Source: Haplodiscus bocki | Lineage: Eukaryota | Assembly: GCA_965655095.1 (NCBI GenBank) | Contig: OZ296649.1 | Location: forward strand, 52,266,001 to 52,330,000 | Direction: 5' to 3' | DNA length: 64,000 nt | Part shown: positions 27,000 to 39,920 of the stretch, one piece after another | Numbering within the stretch: position 1 is the first letter of the stretch | Layout of the letters: each line of letters begins with the position of its first letter | Position numbers and translations under genes: made by a program | The notes under the pieces: model-generated | Seen by the model: the letters and a program-made list of their open reading frames with translations, nothing else | What the model was told of the DNA's origin: nothing | Database searches by the model: none

Positions 27000-29000
27000 C
27001 AAATTTCCGGGCCAAAAGGTTACATCATTTTTTTCCACAAAAAGAATTCTTCAACTTCCAAAAAAATGATAAGGAAACAAACCAAGAAATTGTTCTTTTT
27101 GTCATCTGAACTTCTTATTCATTGAGAGGGAGGGTGCAACGATCCTAATCAGATTGATATTTTCCGAGAAAGAGCACTTTTGATGAAGGTCGCAAGTTAA
27201 AACTGCATTGAACAAGGTACCATACAGAAAAAAATTATCAAGGAGCAGTCTCTATAATTTCACAGATCTTTTAGGCAACGAGGAGTCAGTTTAGTTCCTG
27301 ATAGGAAATTGAAAAAAAGTTTAATTGGAAGACGAAAGAGAAAATTCCGTCAAGTTTCCAACCAGTAGTCAAACGTTTTTCGTTTCAAAACAAAGAAAGG
27401 AAACATTCCCGATACTCTGCCGACTCAGTAGACATGTTAAATTATTTTGTTGCCTCTTGGCGGATACATTCTGATCGATAGTATTCAAAAAAAACTTTTG
27501 ACGAATGACGCTACTGAAAGTGTCTTGGATTTTACATTTTCAAGTAGAGATTCTTTGGACAAAAAGAACAAAATTGATGTTCTACGATAGCTCACAAAAG
27601 CTTCAGGCTTTATTTGAAGCATTAACGGATGGACGCAGTCGGACCACTAGTGAAGAAATACAGTTTCAACCACCAACCCAATTGAAAACAGCCCGGACTT
27701 TTCAATTACAATTTGAAAATTTCCATCACAAAATATGAAACCTAACTTTCGTGCCACAACGGAACCTCTGGGTCACAAGTAGTCAAGATAGTGCGAGATG
27801 GACACAAAGTCGCCAACAGATTGGAAGGAAAAGGCGTTTGACCAACAGCTCTGATTTTTCAACTGAAAATCAAGATTTCACGATCCAGAAAAACAAAACA
27901 CAACACCTCTTATCCTTGGCACAAATTCCAAGTATTAGGTAGTTGGATAGACAATAAGAGGACGCGATCCAACCACTGGTCAAAAAGAAAAACAATTTTA
28001 ACTAACAGCGCATGAAAAATCCATCGACTTTCCGTTTTCATCTCCGGGAAAACACTTCGGGAGGAAATTAAAAGACAGACCATCAACACTGCTAAGCAGA
28101 ACCTCAACGCTGCAAGTACTGAATAAGCCAAGGAGGAGTGCAGTCCAATCATTCAATTTTAGGCAAAACTATTGAAGAAACGAAAATTTCCGGAAATCTC
28201 AAAAAAACGGGTAATGTTACCAATTCTCAAGTTATTCAGTACCGCACAAAGCTCAAATAATGTTGCTCGCAAGGGAGCTTGCTGGACAAAAAGCCACTTG
28301 AACAAACAGATACAAAAAAGTGAGAGGGAAGGAACAGATAAAGCAATGAGTGATGTTGAGAACATTTTACATCAATGGCGAGCTTGGACAGGACGGGGAA
28401 AAACAGAAGTCGACCGTAAGACACTTGATATGCTCAATCTGCAAGTGTAACACAGCGGCGAAGTTGAGCTTCCCAAGCACTCACGACAGAAGACAGACTT
28501 CCTGCTGAAAATTGTCAAAGTATCTTCGACGTATTGGTTACACCAGAACTAACGAGTGAGCAAATTTTTGGGGTTCAAATTGCTGTACATTCCAGAACTG
28601 TCAGAAGATACCTTGTTATCAATTAGAACTTCGAATTTTCGGTTGATAGATGCGCAACAACTGACAATTATTCATCATCCACTGAAAACACTTCTGACGA
28701 AAAGCGCGGCAATTGAAAGAAAAAAAATCGTCCGGCGAAAGACGCAAGAAAAAAAACTGGTTCGATTTTATTACAGCTCTTGTCAAGATAACTGATGGAA
28801 AAATCAATGACCAGATCAAATCTGGAACTCTGAATAACTTCGACTGAAGGTTATAGAGACGAATGCGATCAGTACTTTCAAAAATGGTTCCGATGAAAGA
28901 CCGAAGTGAAAACTACTTAGATTTGTCTATGACAAGCTAATATACTTTTCTAAGACAAGTGTGCGTCAGACATCCTTCATGCTTCATGGATCATCTAGCC
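27000..29000 (+). mobile_element. Highly decayed non-LTR retrotransposon RT-like relic in KLHL8 intron 9
   Basis: Faint ordered RT-like remnants (QGGVQSN near 28130, SKFLGFKL near 28560, LVRFYYS near 28760); no intact catalytic motif. Confidence 0.3.
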
Positions 29001-29453
29001 AGCGATTGGTCGACCGACACATGAATTGACTAAATCCGACCGATAGTCTTGAAGAAAAACGCTCTCGACGAACGACACATATAAAAAAGACCTAATCGGT
29101 TATTCAAACACCAGTCATAGATTTTTCGCAAAAATTTGAAAATACCAAACCTCGGCTGCTCATCAGAAGCTACAGGCAGCGAGTAATTGTAAAAATACTG
29201 GGTGGACCCAATGTGACCACTTCTTATCCAGAAAAACACTTTTAGAGAACGACAAAAGTAAAAACAACGCTGATTTTTTGCCGATCAAGTCGAAAAGTTT
29301 CGCCACAGAAATATGAACAATTACTCCCTGGCACTCCACAGGAACTTTAGGTAGCGAGAAATCTAATTAAAGCGGGCTGAATGCAATTCGACTATTGACT
29401 CGCTCACCCGTGTAATATAGAGTAACCAAAATAAAAAAGTTTTTTTTTCTCAC

Positions 29454-29622
29454 TTCTAGAGCAACAAGGCCAGCCCCTCCTCTCCGGTGGTTCATGCTAG
29501 CCACACTAGTCCACTGGTCTTCCATTGTATCGTATCGTTCTACAGTGTCGAAACAAGAAGAGTCGTCAAGTCCTCCCACAGCAAAAATGGCACTGCCCAA
29601 TGAAACAACAGCCAAGCCTCTT
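29454..29622 (-). CDS. KLHL8: Kelch-like protein 8, exon 9
   Basis: tttcag / gtgaga; RGLAVVSLGSAIFAVGGLDDSSCFDTVERYD..RRGGAGLVALE. Confidence 0.95.
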
Positions 29623-30033
29623 CTGAAACAGCGATTAAGGCTGAAGAAAAAGAGGATTTTTCTGTTCCCCCCCCCACCAGTAGTAACGACAAATATAACT
29701 CACCCTCACGCAGAAGTGAAATCTTCTCTTATCGGCTACAATTTACTCGCGCATGTTGGACCATTCCGAAACTTATTATTTTGCATATCCATTATGGTGT
29801 GTGGAGGGAGGGGGCTTAGTTAACAGAGAATATCCGACAATAAAAGTTACAAGGCCCGTAAACTACAGGTCAACTCAACATTATGTTCAGCAAGTTTAGC
29901 CGGTGAGCCTGATGTTCCATTACAATTTGGATTACAATCAAAACACATGCACGGTAGTCTGACTCATGCGTGCATTTTCCCATTTAGAAATTGAAGTATC
30001 CAAAAAAGATTATACAAGTTCAAGGTAACTCAC

Positions 30034-30145
30034 CGGTGGGTCTGCATAGGACTTAGCATGGACCATTGCCCCAATTGGGTGTCATACATCTCAACACTCT
30101 TCAAATGTCTTTTTCCATCGTGACCGCCAGCTGCATATACTTTAC
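30034..30145 (-). CDS. KLHL8: Kelch-like protein 8, exon 8
   Basis: ttgaag / gtgagt; GKVYAAGGHDGKRHLKSVEMYDTQLGQWSMLSPMQTHR; phases match both neighbours. Confidence 0.92.
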
Positions 30146-32966
30146 CTTCAACCAAAATATTTCCAAGTTACATATTGTCAGTTAGCATTTTGAACCTATC
30201 AATGCAACAAATCTATTTTCTTGTCTTCGATCATTCGACAACCAATTTTTAGGACTAATTGTCGCATAACCGACGAGCATAACGCGTCCTCTTGATGATG
30301 TGAAAATGATCGCACTAAGCACGTTGAGATTTGAGATATAATTCATCTATCCAGTTCTATAAATACGTTCTCCAAAACCAATGAAAATGAAAAAAGTAAA
30401 ATATTTCAAGTTGATTTTATTAATGACCGCGCAAAAAAACTATCCATAGGCCCTAGTTGTTTAGCAGCTCCCGTAAATTTATAAAATTTCCCAGCTGAGA
30501 GTTCTAGCGGGCAACATTCGACCTTTTTTGGTATCAAGGTGATACTTTGCTAGTGGGCTTTCACAATTTCCACCAACTACGGGCGACCAAGGCGCGGACT
30601 TCAGAGTTAGTTCAATACAAAATCATTTTTTAATTCTATCCTTTGCACTTCTACAGGGCGTTTTATTTAATGTCCAAAAGTAAACGAGTGTTCGGGATTG
30701 GACAAAAAACGAGTTTGCGGAATGAAATAGGAATTGGGAGGTATTTTGATTATTGGAATAAAAATGAGTAGATTGAAACAAAAAACGCCCTCTCTTCCCA
30801 AAAATGCCATTTTTCGAACCATGGCTCAAAAGTCGCCCAGCGATTGCTATAAACAAACCTCATTTGCAGTATCCATTCTAAACTCAAAATCTGGTAACAA
30901 AAGGTTTAAAAATTCTATTTCGAGAACTTTTCTATTTTGGTCGTTCTGAATCGCCCCTAAGACGAATGAAAAAATCACTTTTATCCAAAACTTCAAAATT
31001 TCAAAAGACGATATATTTTTTCTTGAAAATTTAGAAAAACGTCATGACTTCCAAGCATTTCCTTAATTGAGAAAGCCTTTTACCAAAAAAAACGATTCGT
31101 GTCAGTTTTGTTGCTTTTGAGGAACCTTTCTCCAGTTTTTTCGTAAAATGTTCGGATTTCGAAAATAACTTTCTGTGAATGAACAAAAGGAGCCATCAAA
31201 AAAGGATTCTCAGATCCCTCTGACGTTTTTTTTTTCGAATTTTCGACGGAATTTCAGGAAAGAAAATCCATTGTTTGGTTTTATAAATTTCCCATGATTT
31301 TGCTATGTTTGCCCCACCTTCATCCTATGAAAAATAGAGATAGTGAACCGTGTCCCGGCTTTTCAAAACTATCACAATTTTTCTGACGTCACTGCCGAAA
31401 GACCGAAGTCAGGAAGTGAAAATAGTGGGCCAATAGAAAGCGAGTAAATAAAACTCGGCGATTGTGTCTCGGTTATAGCGTCATGATGATCATATAACGA
31501 ATGAAGAAATCGAGTGAGTCCATCAAGTCGTCCACTACATTCACTCACCTGCTTTATTTCAGCGTGATAATAGTGATTCCGAAACCGAAAAAAAACGTGA
31601 ACGGATCTTCAAAATGTCTTTGACAGATTAAAAATTCAATCTGCCGTTGCGGCAGAAGGGTTCGCTAGCATTTAAAATGGCTGCGGCAAATGGAGTCTTC
31701 ATAGTTCTGGACATTGATCTTATTTATTGATATTTCAGATGCAGTTTCATTGCATTTACACAAAAATAACGGTTAAAAGTGGCCAACGATCAATATTTTT
31801 TGAAGCGTACTGAAAAAATTTCACTGCTTCTTTCTGAGAAAAATTTCTGGATCAGATTTTTTTCCAAGTTTCTTCACAATAATTAAAATCACTTCCATTC
31901 TGCAATGAACTGCCGACAAAAATAAAGACAGAGGCGAAATTTATTTCTGAGTTTACTTCTTCTGATTTGTCAGTTGAGATGAAAGATCCTGAATCACATT
32001 CGAAACCATGATCAAAGATCAGGTTGACACTTTTATAAATATTACAACAGTTGTCAAGCAAAAATTTGTTCGAAAAAGTCGAAAAGAAACAAGTAACTGT
32101 CACAGTGGCTCATACTCGAAAAGTGTAGATGTCAATCATAATTTTTCACCTACACCAATTTGCAGCCCAGTGCTCAAGAGATTTGCACAGTAAATAACGG
32201 GAAAATGAACAATTCACCACCTATACTGTCTCATATTCAGAACATTTACATGTGAACCATGACATTTTAGGACGCCGTTGTTCATTTTGTAGGCAAATAT
32301 ATCAGAATTAGCACCTTCTAGAAAGCGAAAATAAACAAGCACCTGCCAAATGTCCCAAAAGAAACCGTTTTTGGCCGTTGACACAGCAGACCTACTCTCA
32401 AATGACGTCAAAAAAAATGCAAGTTTTGAACAGGGTGAAAAACTCGACATAAGCCGGTTTCAATACACATTCTTCCTTTAAGTTAGAATGTGTAAAAAGA
32501 CCATCCTTTCCTCGAACATTGACATTTCTTTCCTTGACAATATACTTTCTTTGTCGAGTAATTAAGGTTTAGCTTTGGACATTTACAAAAAAACCACCCT
32601 GTCCAAATCGTTCCAAAAACTAATTGCAATATCAAATGGAACACTCCTGAACAATCCCTTTACAGGACAGAATATGGAAACACTTAGATTTATTTTTTGC
32701 GTGATTTCAGTGCTTGTCAAATGCACCACAAGTCCCCTTTTTGTCTTTTTGCCCTTACCCCTTTGGTTCAATAGAAAAGTTTCTGGTGTTCAACGAAGTC
32801 GATAAAAAAGCAGAGTGTTCTGATCAGTAGTACTTCGAAAATGGACAAAAATTCAAAATAAATTATTTTATATCAAAACATCCAGATTTCACTGCAGTTT
32901 TATGCTATCTAATTTGCCACTTTGGCCATAACTACAATTGCCAATCCCACATGGATCGAATCTAAC

Positions 32967-33110
32967 CATTAATTGAACAGACTCCAACGTGCCGTCTTTT
33001 TGTGCTCATTTCAGCGATATGGAACCATTTGCGACTGACGGGGTTGTACACTTCCGTGGTTCGGAAAGGGTCCCCAGTTGCCCCTCTTCCACCAATACAA
33101 AACAAAACCC
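32967..33110 (-). CDS. KLHL8: Kelch-like protein 8, exon 7
   Basis: tttcag / gttaga; GVLFCIGGRGATGDPFRTTEVY..EMSTKRRHVGV, close to the KLHL8 first Kelch repeat (GVLFCVGGRGGSGDPFR..RRRHVGV). Confidence 0.95.
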
Positions 33111-33375
33111 CTGAAACATTTTCCACATTAATTACTTCATTTACCCATTTATCACCTTTTTGGATAATCTCTTCAAAAGAGAAATATAATGCACAATTGG
33201 GCAAAAATGGATGCTTTTTGGAAATTTGGGCAAAACTTTCAGGTTCAGATTTTTCAGGTTCTGGAAAAGTTTGAAAAGAACATGAAGGTATTTTAACTCA
33301 ATTTTCATGCGCGTTTCTGCAATCTTTTCCATCAGGTAAGAGTCAATTATTTTTGTGCATGCTATTTTTTTTAAC

Positions 33376-33689
33376 CTGCAGTGGCGTGTCTGGGGACAAT
33401 TTTGTCTGGACTCATTCCCAAAGCAACAGCCACGTTCATTCCACTGCTACTTCCAGGGTCCATCAAATGATAGCTTTTGGCCTGGTTCAACAGTTCGCGA
33501 CACCCGGCGTCTGCTTTGAACACTGGGTCCGTTTCCAATGTTGATATCAAATAATGTTTGGGAATCATTGCCAGTCTGACGTCACGCATTATTGGATACA
33601 GTTGTTCAGACCTTACTTCAAGGTCCGACTTGACCCACATGAGTACAGCTTCAAAGACTTCTGTTTCACAAGTTATGTTCAACGAAGGG
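33376..33689 (-). CDS. KLHL8: Kelch-like protein 8, exon 6 (BACK domain C-terminal half and linker)
   Basis: ctttcag / gttaaa; PSLNITCETEVFEAVLMWVK..VRLAMIP..CRELLNQAKSYHL..PRHATA. Confidence 0.9.
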
Positions 33690-33800
33690 CTGAAAGAGAC
33701 AGATACAGATGAGCACGACCATGTTACATCAGCTAATTTATCAAAAGAATATATGTCTGCTTTCACCAATACACTGAATTTGCATTCAAAAGTTACTAAC

Positions 33801-33938
33801 TTGGCGACAATGGCTTTGATAGCATTGTAAGGAAGCATGTTGAATTCCTCGCTCCCAGAAATTTGCAAAAAGTTGTTGGAAATAAACGTATCCGAAGCTT
33901 CGATCAAAGCACCAATGTTTAAGTGTTCAGCCCAATTC
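33801..33938 (-). CDS. KLHL8: Kelch-like protein 8, exon 5 (BACK domain N-terminal half)
   Basis: tttttcag / gttagt; NWAEHLNIGALIEASDTFISNNFLQISGSEEFNMLPYNAIKAIVA. Confidence 0.9.
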
Positions 33939-34309
33939 CTGAAAAAAATTACAAAATAAAGCCAATTAGTTATTTTACGTCTCATTTATCAACAAAAATA
34001 ATGCGATTTCGCCATTTCCTTTCTCACAACTGAAGTATTTCAACATTTTCGCATTTTCAACAAATTAAATTGATTTTCTTCACTTTTGTGCATCCATTTC
34101 AAAATATTTCAGAGATGTATCAATGACTCCTCTCTGAAAGCATTGAGCATGTTTTGTAAACGCTCATTCCGCTGCATTTCTCGCTGCTATTCAAAAAATA
34201 AGAGAGGCACTCTCAGAGTAGTAATCATGATTATATAGACAATTCTATTGTCTACATGTTTCAAATTTATTTATGGGCAAAAACACTTTAAAACGTAACA
34301 ACCCAAAGC

Positions 34310-34670
34310 GGATAAAACTTCGGAAAATTTTTTGGATAATCATAGGATCCCCTTTGAGTCTTATTCCATTTTCCTGCGAAATGGGATAGATGAATTCAAA
34401 ATGTCCCAGGTTATTTATACACTTTGATAAGTATATTAACTGGGGACAAAAAAAATCGATTTTTTAAATTCTCCCGCTCTTCAACATCCATGATGTTCTG
34501 TATCGTTCGTCCTGTACTCTCGGGCAGTTTTGGTGCGTTTTGAAAAAAAAATTGATTTTTTCGCAAAATATCGCACGAAAATTCTCATGTCCGACGAAGT
34601 CGCAAAATGTCGTACGAAAAAGCGTTAAGAAAAACAAAAACCAAATAATGCTAAGTACTTCGTTAAATTT
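34310..34670 (+). repeat. Dispersed repeat, copy A
   Basis: Shares ttattccatttt..atgaattcaaaatgtccc..actgggga and gaagtcgcaaaatgtcg..aaaacca blocks with 39580-39920. Confidence 0.8.
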
Positions 34671-35116
34671 AAATTTCCCGGAGTCATAGCAACGCAGTTT
34701 CGAAGCACAGTTTATTCTCCACTGACTCTCACTGACAAATTTTTGAGTTCCCAAAACTTCCGGTATCAAGAGTTAAAGTTATCGCGTACCTCAACTAAAA
34801 TTTTACTTTCCTCAACCCAGTGTAGTTCAGCATTGCGAATGTTCTCGGCAATTCACAAAAGTTTTCTATATCGCAATGCCGTGAAGGGCACACACCAAAT
34901 TTTTACCTTAGTTCACTTTCCCCCTTCTTTAGAATCTGAAGGATTCAACGTGAACAAGATCCAAATGTCTCAAAAGGTTTAAACTTGTTTGCTCTCAAAC
35001 TAGTTTAATATGAGGAAGCAGTTGAAAAACAAGGCGGTAGGTGATCAACAAAATCCCAAACTTTCAGTGCTCAATTCTTTAATTGAGGACAAAATGCAGA
35101 ATGAAGGTGATGTTAC

Positions 35117-35356
35117 CTGACAACTACGCAGTTGTTGAAGTTCATGCCGTGTTTGAGGAATTTAGTGCATGCTTCAATCACTTGCATGAACGAAAGTTGA
35201 TTTGCGGCGCATAGAACACCGAAGATATTCTGAGGCGACAAAGAAATCTCATGAGTGTACACAAAGTCGATCAACAACTGAGCAGCTTGTCCATCCATGT
35301 CATGCAACTCGATTTTAGTTTGGGAGCTTTCCCGCATATTGCCAGCAAACATTGCT
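35117..35356 (-). CDS. KLHL8: Kelch-like protein 8, exon 4 (BTB)
   Basis: tatttag / gtaaca; AMFAGNMRESSQTKIELHDMDGQAAQLLIDFVYT..AANQLSFMQVIEACTKFL..NNCV. Confidence 0.95.
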
Positions 35357-35584
35357 CTAAATAGAAACAAAACTACTCATATGGGCATAGTGACAGACTT
35401 AACATTAACACTTCAAAATCTGTTACAGGAGCTCATCCAGATAGACAAAAATGACAATCTTTAACTCCATTACGAGTAAATCACAGAGAACATACTCTCA
35501 TTCTGGAGCTGAGAAAACCTTGAACCAGTTCACTGAATTGATTGATAGTTTGGGCCAGTTCACAGAAAGTTCGATAAAGCTAAC

Positions 35585-35697
35585 CTGAAGTAAGGCGAAG
35601 AGGCAGCTAATATTACTTTGTGTGCCTTTATATGATGTGAGCCCACAATAAGTTCGACATCACACAAAACCTCCTGTTTGTACATCTCCAAGAGGGA
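35585..35697 (-). CDS. KLHL8: Kelch-like protein 8, exon 3 (BTB start)
   Basis: ttttcag / gttagc; SLLEMYKQEVLCDVELIVGSHHIKAHKVILAASSPYFR. Confidence 0.95.
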
Positions 35698-35823
35698 CTG
35701 AAAACAACAGAATATTGTCACATTTTAACATAGAAATGTTTTTCAAATTCCTTTAGACTATTTTTTATGGAACTATTTTTTATGAGTGATACGAGGTATT
35801 GAAGACATTCGACAATGGTCAAC

Positions 35824-36013
35824 CTTTAGGAATTCATCGGAAGCTGATTCGTGGATGTTTGTTGTAACTTCCTGAGCCGACGTTCCTTGAATGTTGAGAA
35901 TATTTTTGGACAGGTTGTAGCCGAAGTTAGGCGCAGAAGTGGAAGAACTGCCTCCTATTGAAGAATTGGAAGGATTTGCCGTTGTGTGTCGAGATGCAGT
36001 GCCTCCTCGATTC
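35824..36013 (-). CDS. KLHL8: Kelch-like protein 8, exon 2
   Basis: ttttcag / gttgac; NRGGTASRH..HESASDEFLK joins in phase 0 to the BTB exon. Confidence 0.8.
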
Positions 36014-36931
36014 CTGAAAAACAATAACATCACATTCCGTCCATTTTTCATTGCATTTGGCAGATATTCAGTTTTTCCAGATACAAACCAGTACAGTTTC
36101 CACAAACGCTATCTTTAAAGTTATAAACAGACCAATTATATTCAACTCAATTGGGGATCTTTCACAAAGTGATCACGATTTAGAGATAGTTGCGTACGTG
36201 TTATCGACACTTTGGAGTAGAAAGCACCAGTCATGTGGTTTCAGGGAAAAAAGGAAACATAATTTAAATACACATGCAGTAGCTAGATATATTTAGTAAC
36301 TTCTAGGCAGTGCTGTTTCTCTATTTTCAGGTTTTAAAACCCAAGAAATAAATTTTTAAAACTTCAAAGAAGTTTAAAAGTTCCAAGACCGCGATAAAAA
36401 TTAAAATTTCATCTTTTTCGACAAAAATTAGCCTTCAACCGTGGCAGCAGAAGTACATTGAGTGTTTGGACCATTTTCTTGACGGCCAAAAAGCTGCTCA
36501 TTGTATTAGACAACGTGGATGATGTCGGGGAATTGTTCGAAGTGGCAATAGAATTGTCATCGAGTTTCTTCCACCGATATGCGCCAATCTTCTAGAAATA
36601 CGGACAAATATCTCCAGCATGGTAAATTTCAATTAGGTCGTATAGTCCAATCAAGTTTAAAATTTCCGCTTTTTAAACGCATTGTTTTGTTTTGAAAATT
36701 CAAAACTCGTTTTAAAACAATTATTTCAAGAGACAGCACTGCTTCTTGGTTTACTTTCTTCGGAGAGCAATTTTTCATTTGATTATGATGATGATAGTTC
36801 AACCATCGAAACATGGTGCAGTCCATCTTTCCTCAGTGCAAACTCAACCATCAAGTACAGACAATTTTCAGTGAGAATTGACTTGAGAAGAAATCATGAC
36901 TATTCGCCACTGCGTGTCAAGACAGACTAAC

Positions 36932-37128
36932 CCACAGAAAGAAGGTGAAACGGGAAAGAGAACATTGACAGTACCAGAGGAGTTCAAATTGTTCGTGTTG
37001 GACGACCCGGATGAAACAGTGGAACTTGTTCCAGAATTTGCTGTACCCAAGAGAGCAGCCGAAGAAGGCGTGTAAGCGCCCACAGCAGAATTGTTCACCG
37101 AGGAGTTCAACATCACATCAAGATCCAT
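36932..37128 (-). CDS. KLHL8: Kelch-like protein 8, first coding exon (S/N/T-rich N-terminus)
   Basis: ATG at 37128, donor gttagt; 197 nt, phase 2 matches exon 2. The 12 exons total 2103 nt (700 aa plus stop). Confidence 0.7.
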
Positions 37129-39579
37129 CACTGTATCTCATTATCCAAACTGCTGCATTTGTCTAGGACTATCAACTGCAGGTGCGCAATTCAGTAGCAA
37201 TGGTCGCTCTTTGAAGAAAAGAAAGAATATTGCAAATTGAAAGATGAGTGGGTTGGACTAGTCGAATGTCACGTGGTTACATGGATTCTTCTGAAACATT
37301 TGCAACGCTGAAGAATTTAAAGATGATTATTTGATGAGATAATTTCCAAAATGACATTTGCATTTAAACATGTGAAATTAGCTTACAGCAATCTTAGTAC
37401 AAAGTTAAATAAGGAAATATGCAAAAACGCTGGTATGCAAAGCAAAAAAATAAACTTCCCTGAATGCAATAGTATTCGCCAGCAATAACGAAAAATACTG
37501 AAAGCACGTAAACATTTAAAAAATTCAAAGTTGAGCAACATATCTTCTACAGGATTCAAGTTTTGTTGAATTCGAGTCAAAACAAGGGTTGTTTGATGTC
37601 CTTCTTTCAAAACCAGATAACTTTTCGCATATTGCAACTGATTCTTTGCACCCAAAAACTTCACAGAATTGAAAATTTTCCGTCAACTTTTTGCCTGTTA
37701 AAAACAGCTGATCGGTTGATTTCTCTCAATTTTAGTTTTAAGGCTTTTATTAGCTTGTAGTAAAATTTCAACGGGATATTAAAAGGAGACAACATTTTTC
37801 GGTCATTACTACAGATTCTAGAGTTCACAAACAAAAACTTTGTGGACCATTTCGGCCAACAAGTTTTTCTGACTTCCATAAAAAATCAACTGCAGCTGAG
37901 ACAAATAATGCAATACAAACATTTTGGAGGAAAATTCCCAACTTGAAAGTGGAACAAACGAGAAAACCTATTTAGAAGACTCACTCGACGTTATATGCTT
38001 TTGCAGCAATTTTAAGACCATTATTTCTAGAAAGTGAAAAATTCTCGAAAAACGATTACACTTCCATCAATCAACTCATAGTCAGCTCTGTATTAAGGCC
38101 TAAAAAGAGGGAAATTGAGTCGTTATTCAAGAGTAAAAAAACTGTTAAAAGAAGAATTCGGCATTATAATCATTTTCTCTCCTTTTGGACTCTCATTTCT
38201 AAACATTAAGCAAAGGGGCGAAGCGGAACTTGGCAACATATTCATTCGCACCAACGTAAAGCTAAAGTGAACAAGAACTGTGGGTTTGTAGAGCAGGCGA
38301 CGGCGGCACGGTACCTAAAAAACTTTACTGGCGAGCCCGCACACTGGAAATGAGGCCACGTGAATAAATGTTTGCAACAAGGCAAGGACACAGGAACAAA
38401 ACTCGAAACAATGGAATCTAGGAAAAAATGCGAGCTGTAAACAGATCGAAAAGAAAACAAGTGACGAAAGCCTGTGATATGATACTTGCTAGCGCAAGTG
38501 TATCACAGAGGCGAAGCGGAATTTCGCAAAGCTGGCAAAACAAAATCAGCCAAATTTCCGAAAATTTGGAACATCAACCATAAATACTGAGCGACAAAAA
38601 CAGTCGACAACAATTTGAAAAATTCCGAGACAATGGAAATTAAATTTTACCTCAATGAAAAAACCACAATTTCCATGCTGTCCAAAAAATCATTTTTGTG
38701 ATTTTTTTTGCCGCGGACTGCAGGTTTGTCACAACGAAAAGGCATAAAACTTTTGAAGAAAGAAAATTTTACAAATGAGGTTTTGTAACCGAGAACCATA
38801 ACAAACATAAGCCTCCGAGGGCGCAAGGAGGCCATGTCATGACTCCGAGTAGATTAGATTATAGTAATTAGACTTGAAGAACTTTTACCAGTAAACTTTT
38901 CCAGCTGCAATTGACAAAAGGCTGATTTGGGCGGCAAAAGAACAAAAAACCGTAAGAAACATTGGAAACTATTGGTTTCAGGCTCACTCTGGAGCAAAAA
39001 AGTCCTTTTTGCATGAAATTTTCAGAACCAGAGAAAAGTAGCAAATTGAACAGTTTGTGTTTACTTTAGCCGGATTTCTAGTCACAAAAACGATTCGGAA
39101 GTCATACGAGCAAAATTATGCAAAAATAGTAAATTCAGCTATTTTGCGGATTGAAAACGCTAAACGACCATTTAATAGTGAACATTTAATATTTAAGGGA
39201 CAATTGCAAGACATATTCTCTTGTATTAGATTTTAATTTACTTGTAGTTGAAAAGCAAAATTAGAAGGCAACAGAGTGAAAGTTTTCGAAATACGTTTAA
39301 ACTTGCGATCATTCGTTTTCCAGAGATACGCTTCTGACAAAAGAAAGTTTTACTACATACAAGAAACAGAATCGAGATAATTTGCGCATTTTAAACAATT
39401 TATTCTCCACCTGACTAGCTAAAAATGCCTTGGTGCCAATGAAGCACGCTGGAAAATGGGCCACCTGAAAAAAAATTTGCAACAAAGCGAGAACGCGTGA
39501 TAAAACTGTACGATTCTGAATTCCAAAGAAAATCGGAGTTTGGACAGGATGAAAAAGAAAACATAGCCGCCCCAAGCTG

Positions 39580-39920
39580 ATAGGATTTCGGAAATATTTT
39601 AGGATAACCATAAAGTCCGGGTCCCTCCCCCTTCACAGTTATTCCATTTTTCCACGAATTGGAATGAATGAATTCAAAATGTCCCTGGGTATCCACTTTT
39701 ATAGTATATTTACTGGGGAACAATTTTTTTTTTCGATTTTTTTCATTTTTGCGCTCTAACTACTATGATGGCTTGTCCTTTCCTGCGTTTTGACGTATTT
39801 TTTTTTCAAAATGTCGTACGAAGAAGCCTATGTACACACCGGGCGAAGTCGCAAAATGTCGCACGGAGAAGCGTAAAAGAAACCAAAACCAAGTAACATA
39901 ATTAGTGTTTCGTAAAATTA
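39580..39920 (+). repeat. Dispersed repeat, copy B
   Basis: Homologous to 34310-34670, same orientation. Confidence 0.8.

Noticed and set aside
33371-33985. 204-aa ORF as a single exon
   Set aside because: It begins in intronic sequence and includes a 111-nt GT-AG intron that interrupts the BACK domain.
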